Source of the DNA: Eledone cirrhosa
Taxonomy: Eukaryota
Assembly (NCBI GenBank): GCA_964016885.1
Contig: OZ024754.1
Span: 33,666,001-33,730,000, forward strand
DNA: 64,000 nt
Direction: 5' to 3'
This document shows positions 39,298 to 52,972 of this stretch, piece by piece. Numbering within the stretch: position 1 is the stretch's first letter; every line of letters begins with the position of its first letter. A program made the position numbers and the translations under genes. The notes beneath the pieces were generated by a model. The model was not told where the DNA came from, made no database searches, and saw nothing but the letters and a program-made list of their open reading frames with translations.

Positions 39298-40163
39298 GGG
39301 TGGTGGATTGGCAGTATCGGTAGCGGGTCGGACGCCATGCTTTGACGCATAGAGTTACGGCCCTTTCCATTCTGAGTTCAAACCCCGCCGAGGTCAACTT
39401 TGCCTTTCATCCTTACGGGGTCGATAAAATAAAGTACCAGTAATGTACTGGGTGATTGCTGGCCTTGTGCCAAAAGTAGAAACAATTATTTATTCATTTA
39501 TCTCTACAAACGTTTCAATGTGGCTAGAATATCTCATCCATTTGCAGATCAACTGAAGATTATTAGTAAACAATTATCTCCATTATGGGTGCTTTATCTC
39601 AACCATATCTCTTCAGGAAATATATAGAACATAAAATAATTGTTTCTACTTTTGGCACAAGGCCAGCAATCATCCAGTACATTACTGGTATTTTATTTTA
39701 TCGACCCCTTAAGGATGAAAAGCAAAGTTAACCTCTGTGGGATTTGAAATTAGACCATAAAGGGCCATAACGCTGTAAAGCATGGCGTCAGACCCTCTAC
39801 CAATACTGCCAATCCAAAATAAAATAATGGTTTCTGATATAGACACAAGGCCAGTAATTTTGGGGGAGTTGAAAGTCGATTAAATTGACCCCAGTGCATG
39901 ACTGGTACTTTATTTTATCGACCCTGTAAAGATGAAAGGCAAAGTTAACCTCGGCAGGATTTGAACTCAGATCGTAAAGGGCCGTAGCTCTATGCTGCAA
40001 AGCATGGTGTCTAACACTCTACCGATACTCCAATCCCAAAATAAAATAATGAATAATTGTTTCTACTTTAGGCACAAGGCCAGCAATTACCCAGTGCATT
40101 ACTGGTACTTTATTTTATCGACCCCGTAAGGATGAAAGGCAAAGTCAACCTCGGCGAGATTTG
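39298..40163. mobile_element. Cluster of four Nin/Deu-core SINEs (one +, three -)
   Basis: Core motif four times, in both orientations. Confidence 0.88.
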
Positions 40164-41879
40164 ATAAAATAATAAAATAATGAATAATACCATAAGATCA
40201 TATCAAGATAGCAAGAGTCAAAGTATGGAACTTTTAGGCAGACAGTGAGATTTCAAGTACATATTATGCAGAAGGTTATATAAGGTTTTTTTTTTCAAAT
40301 ATGCAAGTTTATAAGTTTATCTGTGTGGGGTGTTTTGGGGGTTTTTCCAGGAAGAATTAATTATAACTAGGGATTGGTTTCTGCAGGGTCATTAAAGTTT
40401 TTCTTTATAAAGTTAGGAAAGTTAAGAAGTCAGCTTAGTTAGTTATAAGAGAAAGATTTGAAAAGAATTTAACAGTATGTATATATATATATATCATCAT
40501 CATTTCATCATCATTTCATTTTACGTCCGCTTTTCCCTGCTTGCAAGGGTGGGACGGGAACTGATTCTGGCTTGATTTCTACAGCTGGATGCCCTTCCTA
40601 ACACCAACCTCATTTACAGTGAGTGCTGGGTGCTTTTTTGCCGTGGCACCTCCACGACCACTTTGCAGTGGAATGATATGGACTCTAGTCCCTATCATCT
40701 CATTTCTACAGCTGAGTAAACTGGAGCAATGTGAAATAAAGTGTCTTGCTCAAGGAAACAACACATCACCCGGTCTGACAATTGAACTCACAACCTTTCG
40801 ATTGCCAGTCCATTACTCTAACCACTAAGCCATGTGCCTCTATATATATATATATATAAATGAAAAATGGCGAGCTGTGTTGTTGCAAATATGATATATA
40901 TAATAAATGAAGAATTAGAAATAGAAGCCAGGACTATCCATCATCAGTGGTCTACCAGCCATCATAGGTATTTATTCGCATTATAGACCATATACCACCG
41001 GCTAGGGCAATACAATAACTAAATTAAGTTATTAGGATAAAAAGAGTTGGGTGGAGAAAGAGAAACAGGTAAACAAACACGAATGGTGAGGCAACGTAAA
41101 GAGAGGAAAAAACGAGAAAATCAAGTCAATAATGATGATATATATATATATAATATACATACAATTCTCAGACTGGCTGATGTGTGGTTTCCTTGAGCAA
41201 GACACTTTATATCACATTGCTCCAGTTTACTCAGCTGTAGAAATGAGATGATAGGGACTGGGGTCCCTATCATTCTACTGCAAAGTGGTCATGGAGGTGC
41301 CATGGCAAAAAAGCACCCAGCCCACACTGTAAAGTGGACGTGTAGGCGCCACGGAAAAAAAGCACCCAGCCCACACTGTAAAGTGGACGTGTAGGCGCCA
41401 CGGAAAAAAAGCACCCAGCACTCACTATAAATGAGGTTGGTGTTAGGAAGGGCATCCAGCTGTAGAAATCAAGCCAGAATCAGCTCCCGTCCCACCCTTG
41501 CAAGCAGAGAAAAGCGGACGTAAAATGATGATGAAGATGATACACATATATATATAATATACATACATATATATATATATATCACAAATCAGATTTTATT
41601 TGCTTGTATATGTCTATGTCTATATATGCATGAACCTCGTTATGTATGTATGCACATATGCTAGAAACTGATTGGGTTCTTCATTTTGGCGTGGATTCCT
41701 TTGTTTGAATTCAACTACTAAAATAACGTGTTATGGTCAGCAAGAAATTCTTCCTCTTTTCATTTGAGGCAGAGTGAGGGGCTGCCGGGAACTGGTAGAT
41801 AGCTTATGCAGTATTGAGGGCTGGTTCACACTGCATGGAACTATCACATAATATTGGGTAACCCTGCTGAAGATGTGTA

Positions 41880-42402
41880 ATAGTCTGATTACATAAATAT
41901 CCACTGATTTTGCTGATTGCGAAAGAGGTTGAAAGGACTGAAGACAGACACTTTTCTCTTCAGCCAATCCCTCATCAACTTCTTCAAGTTTCACCTGGAA
42001 AGGAAGGCAAGGGTGGAGAGAGAAGTGCTGCCCCCCAGAACATTTGCTAAAAGGTGGATGAATGTAGCAAGAATGGCCGTGTGAATGGGCCTACTCTGAC
42101 CATGTGCCTATAGGCTGGCTAATTTGAGGAGGTGAGGGGGTGCTCTCCCTGGGTGCCCTAGAAGCGCAGGGCGGTTCAAGATTGGTGGGGTACCTGAGTC
42201 ACTCTTGAGTTGTCCACCCCACCCCCCTATTGGGGAATTTATTTTGTTATATTTATGCATAGTTTATTTTAAAAATTTTATATCTTCATTGTTAAATTGG
42301 TCTTGTCATTGTGCACTTTTACTCAAGCTTATTGTAAACCCCCCACTGTCCCTGTCTTTGTAATGTCCCCTACATGTTGGCCCTTGTGGCCAATAAATGA
42401 AA

Positions 42403-42458
<56 letters not shown>
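41880..42458 (+). mobile_element. L1/Tx1-like LINE 3' end (ORF C-terminus remnant, 3' UTR, AATAAA, (ATT)n tail)
   Basis: KGLKTDTFLFSQSLINFFKFHLERKARVEREVLPPRTFAKRW, then a UTR ending ccaataaatgaaatc(att)n. Related UTR copies at 39008-39295, 42670-42840 and 42845-42995. Clade assignment is tentative. Confidence 0.55.
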
Positions 42459-43389
42459 AGGGTGGTGGATTGGCAGTATTGGTAGAGGGTCGGACGCCAT
42501 GCTTTGACGTATAGAGTTACGGCCTTTGCCATTCTGAGTTCAAATCCCACCGAGGTTAACTTTGCCTTTCATCTTTACGGGGTCGATAAAATAAAGTACC
42601 AGTAATGCACTGGGTAATTGCTGGCCTTGTGCCAAAAGTAGAAACAATTATTATTATTATTATTATGTCCCTCGGAAGTCTCCCCTCTATTGGGGAATTT
42701 TTCATTGTTATTTTTTATTACATCCTCTGTTTTTTTTACACGCAGAAATTCCCATTTGTACCGTCCTGTATTGTCCTGTACTGTCCTTAATGTCTACTTT
42801 ATGTAAACCCTTGTGGTTAATAAAGAAAGCATTATTATTATTTGTGGGGTACCTGAATCAACCCTGAGTGGTTATCTATTGGGGAATTTTCATTATGTTT
42901 TTCTTGTTTCTTATTATTGTTTTCCTATTTTTTTACTCGTTTTTTATGTAAAAGCCCCACTGTCCCCTTCTATTGTATTGTCCCTTATTGTCAGTCTGAG
43001 TTCAAATCTCGCTGAGGTTAACTTTGCCTTTCATCCTTTCGGGGTCGATAAAATAAAGTACCAGTAATGCACTGGGTAATTGCTGACCTAGTGCCAAACG
43101 TAGAAACAATTATTATTGTTATTATTATTTATTAATGAATTAATTATTATTTATTAATTATTATTCATTAATATTTATTAATGATGGCGGTGGATTGGCA
43201 GTATCGGTAGAGGGTTGGACGCCATGCTTTCTAGCCTAGTTACGTCCCTTTACAATCTGAGTTCAAATCCCGCCGAGGTTAACTTTGCCTTTCATCCTTA
43301 CGGGGTCGATAAAATAAAGTACCAGTAATGCACTGGGTAATTGCTGACCTAGTGCCAAACGTAGAAACAATTATTATTGTTATTATTAT

Positions 43390-43786
<397 letters not shown>

Positions 43787-43794
43787 TAAGTTTC

Positions 43795-43905
43795 CCCCCA
43801 CCCTCTCTCTCTTTATCTCTTCATCTCTCTCCCTCTCTCTCTCTCGTTCTCTATCACTCTCTCTCTCTCTTTCCCTATCTCTTTCTCTCTCTCTTTATCT
43901 CTTCA

Positions 43906-43936
<31 letters not shown>

Positions 43937-44815
43937 GCTCTCTATCACCCTATCTCTCTTTCCCTATCTTTTTCTCTCTCTCTTTATCTCTTCATCTCTC
44001 TCGCTCTCTCTCCTCTCTCTCTCTCACTCTCTATCACTCTCTTTCTCTTTCCCTATCTCTTTCTCTCGCTCTCTTTATCTCTTCCTCTCTCTCTCTCCCC
44101 TCTCTCTCTCTCTCTTTCCCTATCTCTTTCTCTCTCTCTTTATCTCTTCATCTCTCTCTCTCTCCCTCTCTTTCTCTCGCTCTCTATCACTCTCTCTCTC
44201 TTTCCCTATCTCTTTCTCTCTCTCTTTATCTCTTCATCTCTCTCCCTCTCTCTCTCTCTCGCTCTCTATCACTCTCTTTCTCTTTCCCTATCTCTTTCTC
44301 TCTCTCTTTATCTCTTCATCTCTCTCTCTCCCTCTCTCTCTCTCTATATATATATAACTCTCCTTCTCTTTCCCTATCTCTTTCTCTCTCTCTTTATCTC
44401 TTCATCTCTCTCTCTCCCTCTCTCTCTCGCTCTCTATCACTCTCTCTCTCTTTCCCTATCTCTTTCTCTCTTTATCTCTTCATCTCTCTCCCTCTCTCTC
44501 TCTCTCTCCCTCTCTATCACTCTCTTTCTCTTTCCCTATCTCTTCATCTGTCTCTCTCCCTCTCTCTCTCTATCACCCTATCTCTCTTTCCCTATCTCTT
44601 TCTCTCTCTCTCTCTCTCTTTATTTCTTTATCTCTTCATCTCTCTCTCTCCCTCCCTCTCTCTCTCTCTCTCTATCACTCTCTCTATATCACTCTCTCTC
44701 TCTTACCCTATCTCTTTCTCTCTCTCTTTCCCTATCTCTTTCTCTCTCTCTCTTTCCCTATCTCTTTCTCTCTCTCTTTATCTCTTCATCCCCCCTCTCT
44801 CTCTCTCACTCTCCA
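43795..44815. repeat. ~1 kb CT-rich compound repeat directly after a copine donor
   Basis: Direct reading. Confidence 0.95.
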
Positions 44816-44831
44816 TATACAAAGATTATAT

Positions 44832-45207
44832 CATCATCATCAGCATCATAATCGTTTAAGATCCATCTTCCACGCTAACATGGGTTAGACGGTTTTGTTC
44901 CATTTGATACGGGAATGGTCGGGAGACCATGTCTCGCTCGCACGGAAGTGTCTCTGGCAGAATTTTTACAGCTGGATGCCCTTCCTAACACCAACCACAT
45001 TTACAGTGTGGATTGGGAGCCTTTTCACTGTGTCTCCTACAAGGCCACCTTTCAGTGTGGACTGTTGTGTCATCGACTGTGGACAGAACGGGGGGTGGGG
45101 TGAGGTGGGGTGTACATTGAGTTAAGAGGTGCCTACTGACTGTAGGTTTATGCGCAATGGCAGTCGGGTCTTCTGTACAACTGCATGACGCCAAAGATCT
45201 CGATCCA
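44832..45207 (-). mobile_element. RTE LINE 3' end fragment
   Basis: Last codons (DRDLWRHAVVQKTRLP) plus UTR motif ggatgcccttcctaacacc and CAT-repeat tail. Confidence 0.82.
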
Positions 45208-45798
45208 GTTTTTTAATTTGTTTTGCAAGATTTCTTATCTGAAAGCGTGTGTTGAAACAGATATTGTTATACTTTGGGAAGGTCATGCTGCCAATATAAA
45301 CACATGCACCTGTTGGTTTTCACTTCAATTTATTATAAATTTCCAGTTGGTTGGCTGGCTGGTTGGTTCAATAACCGGATGGTTGTTAATATATTGTCAA
45401 AGCTCTTTTGTCACACATTCTGTGACCTCCTCAGTGACTGGGTTTTTATTTTGTGTCTCTCCGTTGTTCTGTCTTACACCAAAAACAAGGTGGTGTACGA
45501 CAAAACAAAGGAGAGACACAAAATAAAAATCCAGAGACTTGCCTGACCTGGGCTTGATTAGAAAAATGGATGTAAAAGAACAAAAATAGTTGAGACGATG
45601 ATAATGATGATGATGAAGATGATGATGATGGTCATAATGATGATGATGTTAACAATGGTATCAATGATGATAATGACGATGATGATGATGATGATGACAA
45701 TGATGATAATTATGATAATGATGATGATGACAACAATTATAATGGTGATAATGATGATGATAATGTTGATAATGATGATTTTTTTTTCTATCCTATAG

Positions 45799-45838
45799 AT
45801 ATGATGTTGATGCTGCAAATGGTTCTTTGGATCAACAG
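45799..45838 (+). CDS. CPNE8: Copine exon, C2A Ca-binding loop
   Basis: cctatAG / GTttgt; 40 nt (L)YDVDAANGSLDQQ; phase-compatible; YDVD motif. Confidence 0.9.
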
Positions 45839-46308
45839 GTTTGTACAATAGTTATTTCCCTTTTCTACTTTGCCTGACGTCAGTACATTGTCTATTGTTT
45901 TATCAAATTAATAAATCTCTTCAAAACACAACCAACGTTTTATGTCTATTTCTTCCCCTGCTAAAATAAAGGTTATGCCTTACAGAGAGCCCTATAACAA
46001 GCTTCACACCCATTATCGGAGTCCTTTAGCCAGAATTCCTTTCTGACAGCAAACCTTTTAGTTGCTTTATATAACGACATGCAGGGATATGGTGTGTGCT
46101 TATTCAAAACCAGATACACACAGCGATATAGATCATTTTAGGGTCTCTGTCCTCTGAGACATTTTTGCCCATCGCTGTCTTTGACAGCATTTGACTGTTT
46201 TAACGGCTGTTTGAGTTTTCTCATTTCTATATATATTCAAATACACTCTTGCTTCGTCTTGATCAGAGACAATAATGTTTTTTATTTATTATTTATGATA
46301 TTTTCAAG

Positions 46309-46382
46309 GATTTTCTTGGATATTTGGAATGTACACTTGGTGAAATTGTTGGATGTGGTAGCAAATTAGAAAAAAAACTGCT
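46309..46382 (+). CDS. CPNE8: Copine exon, end of C2A
   Basis: ttttcaAG / GTgagt; 74 nt DFLGYLECTLGEIVGCGSKLEKKL(L). Confidence 0.92.
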
Positions 46383-46856
46383 GTGAGTATATTATTTTTG
46401 TTGTTGTATATCTCGGATGCTTGATTTTAAAACAGCATACACACATACACATGAAAATCAACCAATAAATAAATTATTATTATTGCTATTATTATTATTA
46501 ATATTGTTTGTGGATTGGCAGTATTGGTAGAGGGTCGGACGCCATGCTTTGCAGCACAGAGTTACGGCCCTTTGCAGTATGAGTTCAAATCCCGCCGAGG
46601 TTAACTTTGCCTTACATCCTTACGTGGTCGATAAAATAAAGTACCAGTAATACACTGGGATAATTGCTGGCCTTGTGCCAAAAGTAGAAACAATTATTAT
46701 TACTAGTCTATTGTTTTATTTAGAAGTGTATCTCGATATATTCTATTTTGTAGCAGAGGTGCAGAAAGCTCAAAACTGGCCTGTTTTAGGTTCGTAGAGC
46801 ATATTATATATAGATATATATATATTCAAGATACATAATATATTGATAGATTGATC

Positions 46857-46897
<41 letters not shown>

Positions 46898-48043
46898 TGA
46901 GATATGGAGAGAGAAGGAGATTGTGTTTGTGTATACCAATGAGAGAGAGAGTACTCAATACATGATGTAGAGTATATCCATTTGAATTAGATGATATACT
47001 CTATAGCCACTCTGAATTACTCATGCATACATATACATTTGTTGCCTGTTTGAATAAATATATTTATGCGAAAACTTGTAGAAATGACTGAGCAAATTAT
47101 CAGATATATATATCTGATAATATCTAAGGACTAAAATTGTCTTTTACTTCAGAGAAGTCTGAATACATTCATATATATAAATAAACGTATGTATTTTGAC
47201 TTCCCTTAGTCCAGAGGCGATTCTAGCCCTTTTTGACGCCTTTTTCAACTTGACCAGTTAACAAACACGTGTTTTTCTCTCTCTTCTTCTTTTTTGGTTT
47301 TCTTTTTTTCTTTTTTTTCTTTCGCCTTTCCTCTTCTTTTTTTTCTTTACTAAAAAATGTTTTCCTTTTCTCCATGTTTCCCTTCAATTCCTTTCAGATG
47401 AAGGACTAATGCCCGAAACGTTAAAAAAACATTTTTATTCTTTCCTTTCAAGCATTAGACCTATCCACTGTAATGAAATTCAAGGAATACGTTTTGCAAC
47501 TGATTTTCTACTCATATCCTGCATGACAAATTATTCTAACCTGCAAGTCATCTCACATAAAATAAAGTTGAAAAAAAAATATCATTTCTTTTTACATGGT
47601 ATGTGTAATTGAGTGTGCATGTCTTCTTGTTTCTTCTTCTTTCTTCTTTCTTACATTTCTATTGATTTGTTTCTTTTGTAAATCATATAAATTATAAATT
47701 CGTTTTTGTATTTGTTTTACAAGATTCTTGATTTGAAATCAGATGAAACAGATCTTTTTATACTTTGAGAAGATCATGCTACCAATAAAAATAAATGAAC
47801 CAGTTGAGTTTTACTATTGTTAGTCAGATAACTAATCCATTCATCTGTTAGCTTAGCAACAAAGTGTGTGATGAAAGAGCTTTGACAATTAGATAACCAC
47901 TCGGTTGCTAAACCAACCCAGGAATGAATTAGATACCTGACTAAAAAAACCCAAAGTGAAACTACATAGTTTTATTAACGGCATCACTTTCCCAAAGTAT
48001 AATATTTCTATATGTTCTTTTATTCTATTTGTTTGATTGATGG

Positions 48044-48845
48044 AGGGCGGTCGATTGGCAGTAATCAGTAGAGCATCGGACGGCATGCTTTGCGGCATAG
48101 AGTTATGGCCCTTTATGTCCTGAGCTCAAATCCTGCCAAGGTTAACTTTACCCTTCATCCTTACAGAGATCATTAAAATAAAATACCTGTAATGCACTGG
48201 GGTCGATTTAATCAACTTTCCCCTCCCCCAAAATCGCCAGCCTTGTGCCTATAGTAGAAATCATTTGGAATGGCAGTATCGGTAGAGGGTCGGGCGCCAT
48301 GCTTTGCAGCATAGAGTTACGGCCCTTTTTGATTTGAGTTCAAATCCTGCCGAGGTTAACTTTGCCTTTCATCCTTAAGAGGTCAATAAAATAAAGTACC
48401 AGTAATGCACTGGGGTAATTGCTGGCCTTGTGCCAAAAGTAGAAATCATTATTATTATAGCCCTTGTGGCCAATAAAGAAACCATTATTATCATCCTCAT
48501 CATCACCTTCCAACCCTTTACAATCTGAGTTCAAATCCCACTGAGGTTAACTTTGCCTTTCATCCTTACAGGGTCGATAAAATAAAGTACCAGTAATGCA
48601 CTGGGGTAATTGGTGGCCTTGTGCCAAAAGTAGAAACAATTATATATATAGAACTTTACAAAGATTCTTTAATAACTGTTTCTACTTTAGGCACAAGGCC
48701 AGCAATTACCCAGTGCATTACTGGTACTTTATTTTATCGACCCCGTAAGGATGAAAGGCAAAGTCAACCTCGGCGGGATTTGAACTCAGATCGTAAAGGG
48801 ACGTTAACTATGCTGGAAAGCATGGCGTCCGACCCTCTACCGATA
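48044..48845. mobile_element. Cluster of four Nin/Deu-core SINEs (three +, one -)
   Basis: Core motif four times; the last two copies are tail-to-tail. Confidence 0.88.
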
Positions 48846-49060
48846 ACCTTGCTTATTTAATCCTTTTCATATCAAAACAGACTCTGATTCTATAATAAAA
48901 TACTGTTTGTTTTAAAATATTTAAACCTTCTACCATAATTCTATGTAAGAAACTTTGTTAAGTTATGCTCCAAACACTAAATAAATAATAAGAAAGTTGC
49001 TTATATTACTAAATCTCTCCAAATTCTTCATTATTTTCAAAATAATAAGAAAGTTAATTA

Positions 49061-49228
49061 CCATATTTACCGGCGTTGAAAACGCTTCTTTTTCCTAAAG
49101 TAAGTCTCAAAAATCTACCATGGGTCCTGGAGGCCAAGGGTTGTTTCTTATTGTTTTTTCAAATTTTTGTTTGTCAAAATTAGGGTGCATCCTCAAGGAT
49201 GAAGCGTCTTTGTCGCTGGGAAATACGG
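49061..49228 (-). mobile_element. Tc2/pogo-like MITE, inverted copy of 22141-22309
   Basis: TA|CCATATTTACCGGCG ... CGCTGGGAAATACGG|TA. Confidence 0.82.
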
Positions 49229-49624
49229 TATATTACTAAATCTCTCTAAATTCTTCATTATTTTCAAAATAGGTTAACTTTGCCTTTCATCCTTTCGGGG
49301 TCGATAAAATAAAGTACCAGTAATGCCTTGTGCCAAAAGTAGAAACAATTATTTTCAAAATAATAAGAAAGTAAGTTGAAAAGACTTTTTCTACCATCAT
49401 TTTAAATACACTCATAGAATACATAAACAGACTGATTAACTGCTTAATGAACACAACCACAAGGATATGGTCTGAATGTGGAAGAGCAGAACTCCCACTG
49501 TCACCGCCTCCATCTCTCTCGCCCTCCTCATCGCTCCATATGGAGAGTAAATAGGGGTTACACGGGCTGGCCTCCCCACAGCCCCAATGGACAGAATGGA
49601 AAAGGCGTTTCCCCGGAGTATGGT

Positions 49625-49706
49625 AAAGATATGGAATGCTTCACGAATTTGCGTGTCATCCTTGCGCAGGGGCCATGCTAATATTCTCTGTATTGTTCTA
49701 GTTTTA
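49625..49706 (-). pseudogene. RNU6: U6 snRNA retrocopy, 5'-truncated
   Basis: Minus strand TAAAACTAGAACAATACAGAGAATATTAGCATGGCCCCTGCGCAAGGATGACACGCAAATTCGTGAAGCATTCCATATCTTT matches U6 from about nt 25 to the 3' end with several substitutions; the 5' stem-loop is missing. Confidence 0.93.
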
Positions 49707-50293
49707 AAGGAAGTTACTTATATTACTAAATCTCTCCAGATTCTTCATTTTTTTCATAATAATTTGAAAATCATAGACTGTGTCTTTCATTAGAAATATA
49801 GAAATGAAAGAGTTAATACAAAATCAATTTCCTAGAGTAATAAATGTTGAATGTAAAACACTCAATAATTGTTTCTATTTTTGGCACAAGGCCAGCAATT
49901 ATCCCAATGTATTACTGGTACTTTATTTTATCGACCCCATAAGGATGAAAGGCAAAGTTAACCTCGGCGGGATTTGTAAAACACTCAATAATACGATGTG
50001 TTTATATCTTGATGTGTTTACACCTTGATATGTTTACTTTATATATTTCAAGTGTTTATTGTATGTTTATATGTTTAGTTCATGATGTGCTTATATTTCT
50101 ATATTTGTTTTTTATGTGTTTATTTTATAGGTTTACTATATATATTTTTTATTTGATTTGATTACTTTGTTAATTTCATGTATTTACTTTGTATTTACTT
50201 TATGGTTACTTTGATGTTTACTTTACATATATGTATGTGTGTGTGTATATATATATATGTATATATATATGTATGCATGTATGTGTATGTATG

Positions 50294-50332
<39 letters not shown>

Positions 50333-50946
50333 ATATATACATATGTATGTATTTACTTTATATATATAAAGGTTTACTTCACTTCAGTCAAATAGAACAA
50401 TAAACAAGTTACCACGAGTTTCGAAGGTTGACAATATTATTTTGTTGTTGGTTCATGAGGCTGGTGTAGTCTGCGACCAGGAGAGAAAGAGTAATGGTCT
50501 GTAGACCTCTGCAGCCTGAAGGTAGCGCTGATCTTTATATAGCTTGTTGCTAGCGTAATGCTCCGATCCCTCTGTCAGATGTGGGATTATACAGGCTTTA
50601 TATACCTGTCGCTTTCTGTCTCCCACCTCGAGGGGATAGCCCACGTATGAACCTGTTCACACCAAAAGGGTGGTGACCTAGAGTTTGACCTTTAGGTGTC
50701 ACCCAAGGTTCAAGGCGTGGACAGATCTCGCTACAAATATACATTTTTTCATGCTTTTTAATGCTAAGTTCTTAATAACAATATACCGTATTTGCTGGCC
50801 TATATTTTATGTGATGTTTTGACGTTTATAGGGATTTTTATGGTCCCCCATCCAATATTCACGGCTTTTCACCCTTTGTGGGTGCTCTAGGAATGTAAGC
50901 CCTGCGAATACCGGGGAAACAACTGTATATATATATATATATATAA

Positions 50947-50983
<37 letters not shown>

Positions 50984-51087
50984 CATATATATATATATAA
51001 ATACATATATATATATATATAAATACATATATATATATAAACATATATGTTTATATATATATATATATAAATACATATATATATATA

Positions 51088-51161
<74 letters not shown>

Positions 51162-51225
51162 AATACATATATATATATAAATATATATTTATAAATATAC
51201 AAATATATATATATATAAACATATA

Positions 51226-51266
<41 letters not shown>

Positions 51267-51317
51267 ATATTATATATATATATATATTACTATATATATA
51301 TAAATATATATGTTTAT

Positions 51318-51373
<56 letters not shown>

Positions 51374-51417
51374 ATAAAAGCAGCGATTCTTTGCTTAAAC
51401 TTTAATCTGTTATTTTA

Positions 51418-51493
<76 letters not shown>

Positions 51494-51505
51494 ATATATA
51501 TATAC

Positions 51506-51546
<41 letters not shown>

Positions 51547-51600
51547 GTGTTTACTTATACCATTGATCTAATTAATAAGAAAATATTTCTAAATTTCCAG

Positions 51601-51632
51601 GGGAAGTGCTATTGACAATGGAAAAATTATCT
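51601..51632 (+). CDS. CPNE8: Copine micro-exon (32 nt)
   Basis: tttccAG / GTaagt; (L)[10 protein letters not shown] + t. Bridges phase 2 to phase 1 exactly as the next exon requires, restoring the G-x-I-I-L-x-A-E-E motif. Confidence 0.82.
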
Positions 51633-52349
51633 GTAAGTACTTATTGGCATTCTTTATTATAGCAAGCATGTGAGTGTGTGTGCCTGTACGTATGTGTGTG
51701 TGCGCGCGCGTGTGTGTGTGTGTGTGAATTGTTATAGGTTAGTGACAGAACTGTAATTGGTTTAAACATTCATCCTTGGAATTCAACCATGGAGTACCCC
51801 CAGCTAGTATAGAGCAGTAATCTGCTTAAAATAGTACAGAACTTTTACTAAAATATATAGTACTTAGTTAAGGACAACCAGATCAGTATTTATAAAGGAG
51901 GGAAATAACCAGTTGAATCAAACTAAGTATATTACTAATAGGAGCAGTGGAAGCAGTTCTGAAGTGTGTGTATCGGTGGGGGAGGGGAGGGGGGGGGGGG
52001 CAAATACAGTCAATTTAGTTGTAGTGATTAGTTTATCTCTTTGCACTCTAAAATGGTCAGAAAACTTTGATATGCGATAAACATAACATGTACATAAATT
52101 GTAGCACATATACAAATAGATGTGTGTTTTGGTAGTTGGGGGAGAAAAATATAATTATTGGGGGGGAGGGGGTCCATGGCCCTCCTGCCCTACCCCTGTT
52201 CTACCACCTCTGACATCTTCTTCTTGCCATGTCCACTTTTGCTTGTGATGGTGATAGGATTAGCAATATCTTGTCGATCTTGTCAATCCTATTGATACTC
52301 CCAGGGCCGTGGCGTGGATGCTCCTATCTTGATCCCACCTGTGACTAAT

Positions 52350-52972
52350 ACCTATTTCTAACAATGAGAGAGCCATTACTTGACGAGGGAGCATCTTTGT
52401 GGTTGGTAGAGCTGCTAGACATAGTAGGTAAATCCTGGTTCATGGACTCTGAGAAGGATTTCACCACCAGAAAGGCCCAAGCACGGTCAGCTTGCAACAA
52501 AATGGATTGAGTTTGGCGCTCAAATCTTTCCAACCACACCAAGATCAGACTCGTCCAAGTAACAATTCAACCAATCTTGCTATATGGAAGTGAAACATGG
52601 ATGCATTCATCCAAACAACAAAGGCACCTTTATTGCACCCACACTCGCCCGCTTCAAAGCATTCAGAACATAAGCTGACGACATCTGACTTTGAGAGAGA
52701 TATATGCCGGCCTCCCACGCATATCTGTTGTCGTACGTAAAAGAAGAGTGAGATATACTGGCCACTGCCACCGTGCCACCTATGAGGCTGTGTCCTCATT
52801 AGTGCTTTGGAAACCACAAGCAGTCATTAATAACAGGGGGTGCAATCTCTTCTATCTCGATGTCATCTCCAGAGATTCTGATATTGAAATCCAGCACTTG
52901 GCAACAGCAAGGAACGACAGACCCACGTGGAGATCAATTGTTGAGTCCATTTTGGCTGAGGCTGCCGAATGA
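52350..52972 (+). pseudogene. Old degenerate RTE-like LINE ORF fragment of a different family
   Basis: Frameshifted remnants SEKDFTTRKAQARSACNKM, TIQPILLYGSETW and RRVRYTGHCHR. Confidence 0.7.

Noticed and set aside
47392-47425. cagatgaaggactaatgcccgaaacgtt as a hammerhead
   Set aside because: The core is mutated (CAGATGA) and helix I is not supported; at best a decayed pLTR motif.
49625-49706. Functional U6 gene
   Set aside because: Lacks the 5' ~24 nt, has several substitutions and a broken oligo-T terminator.
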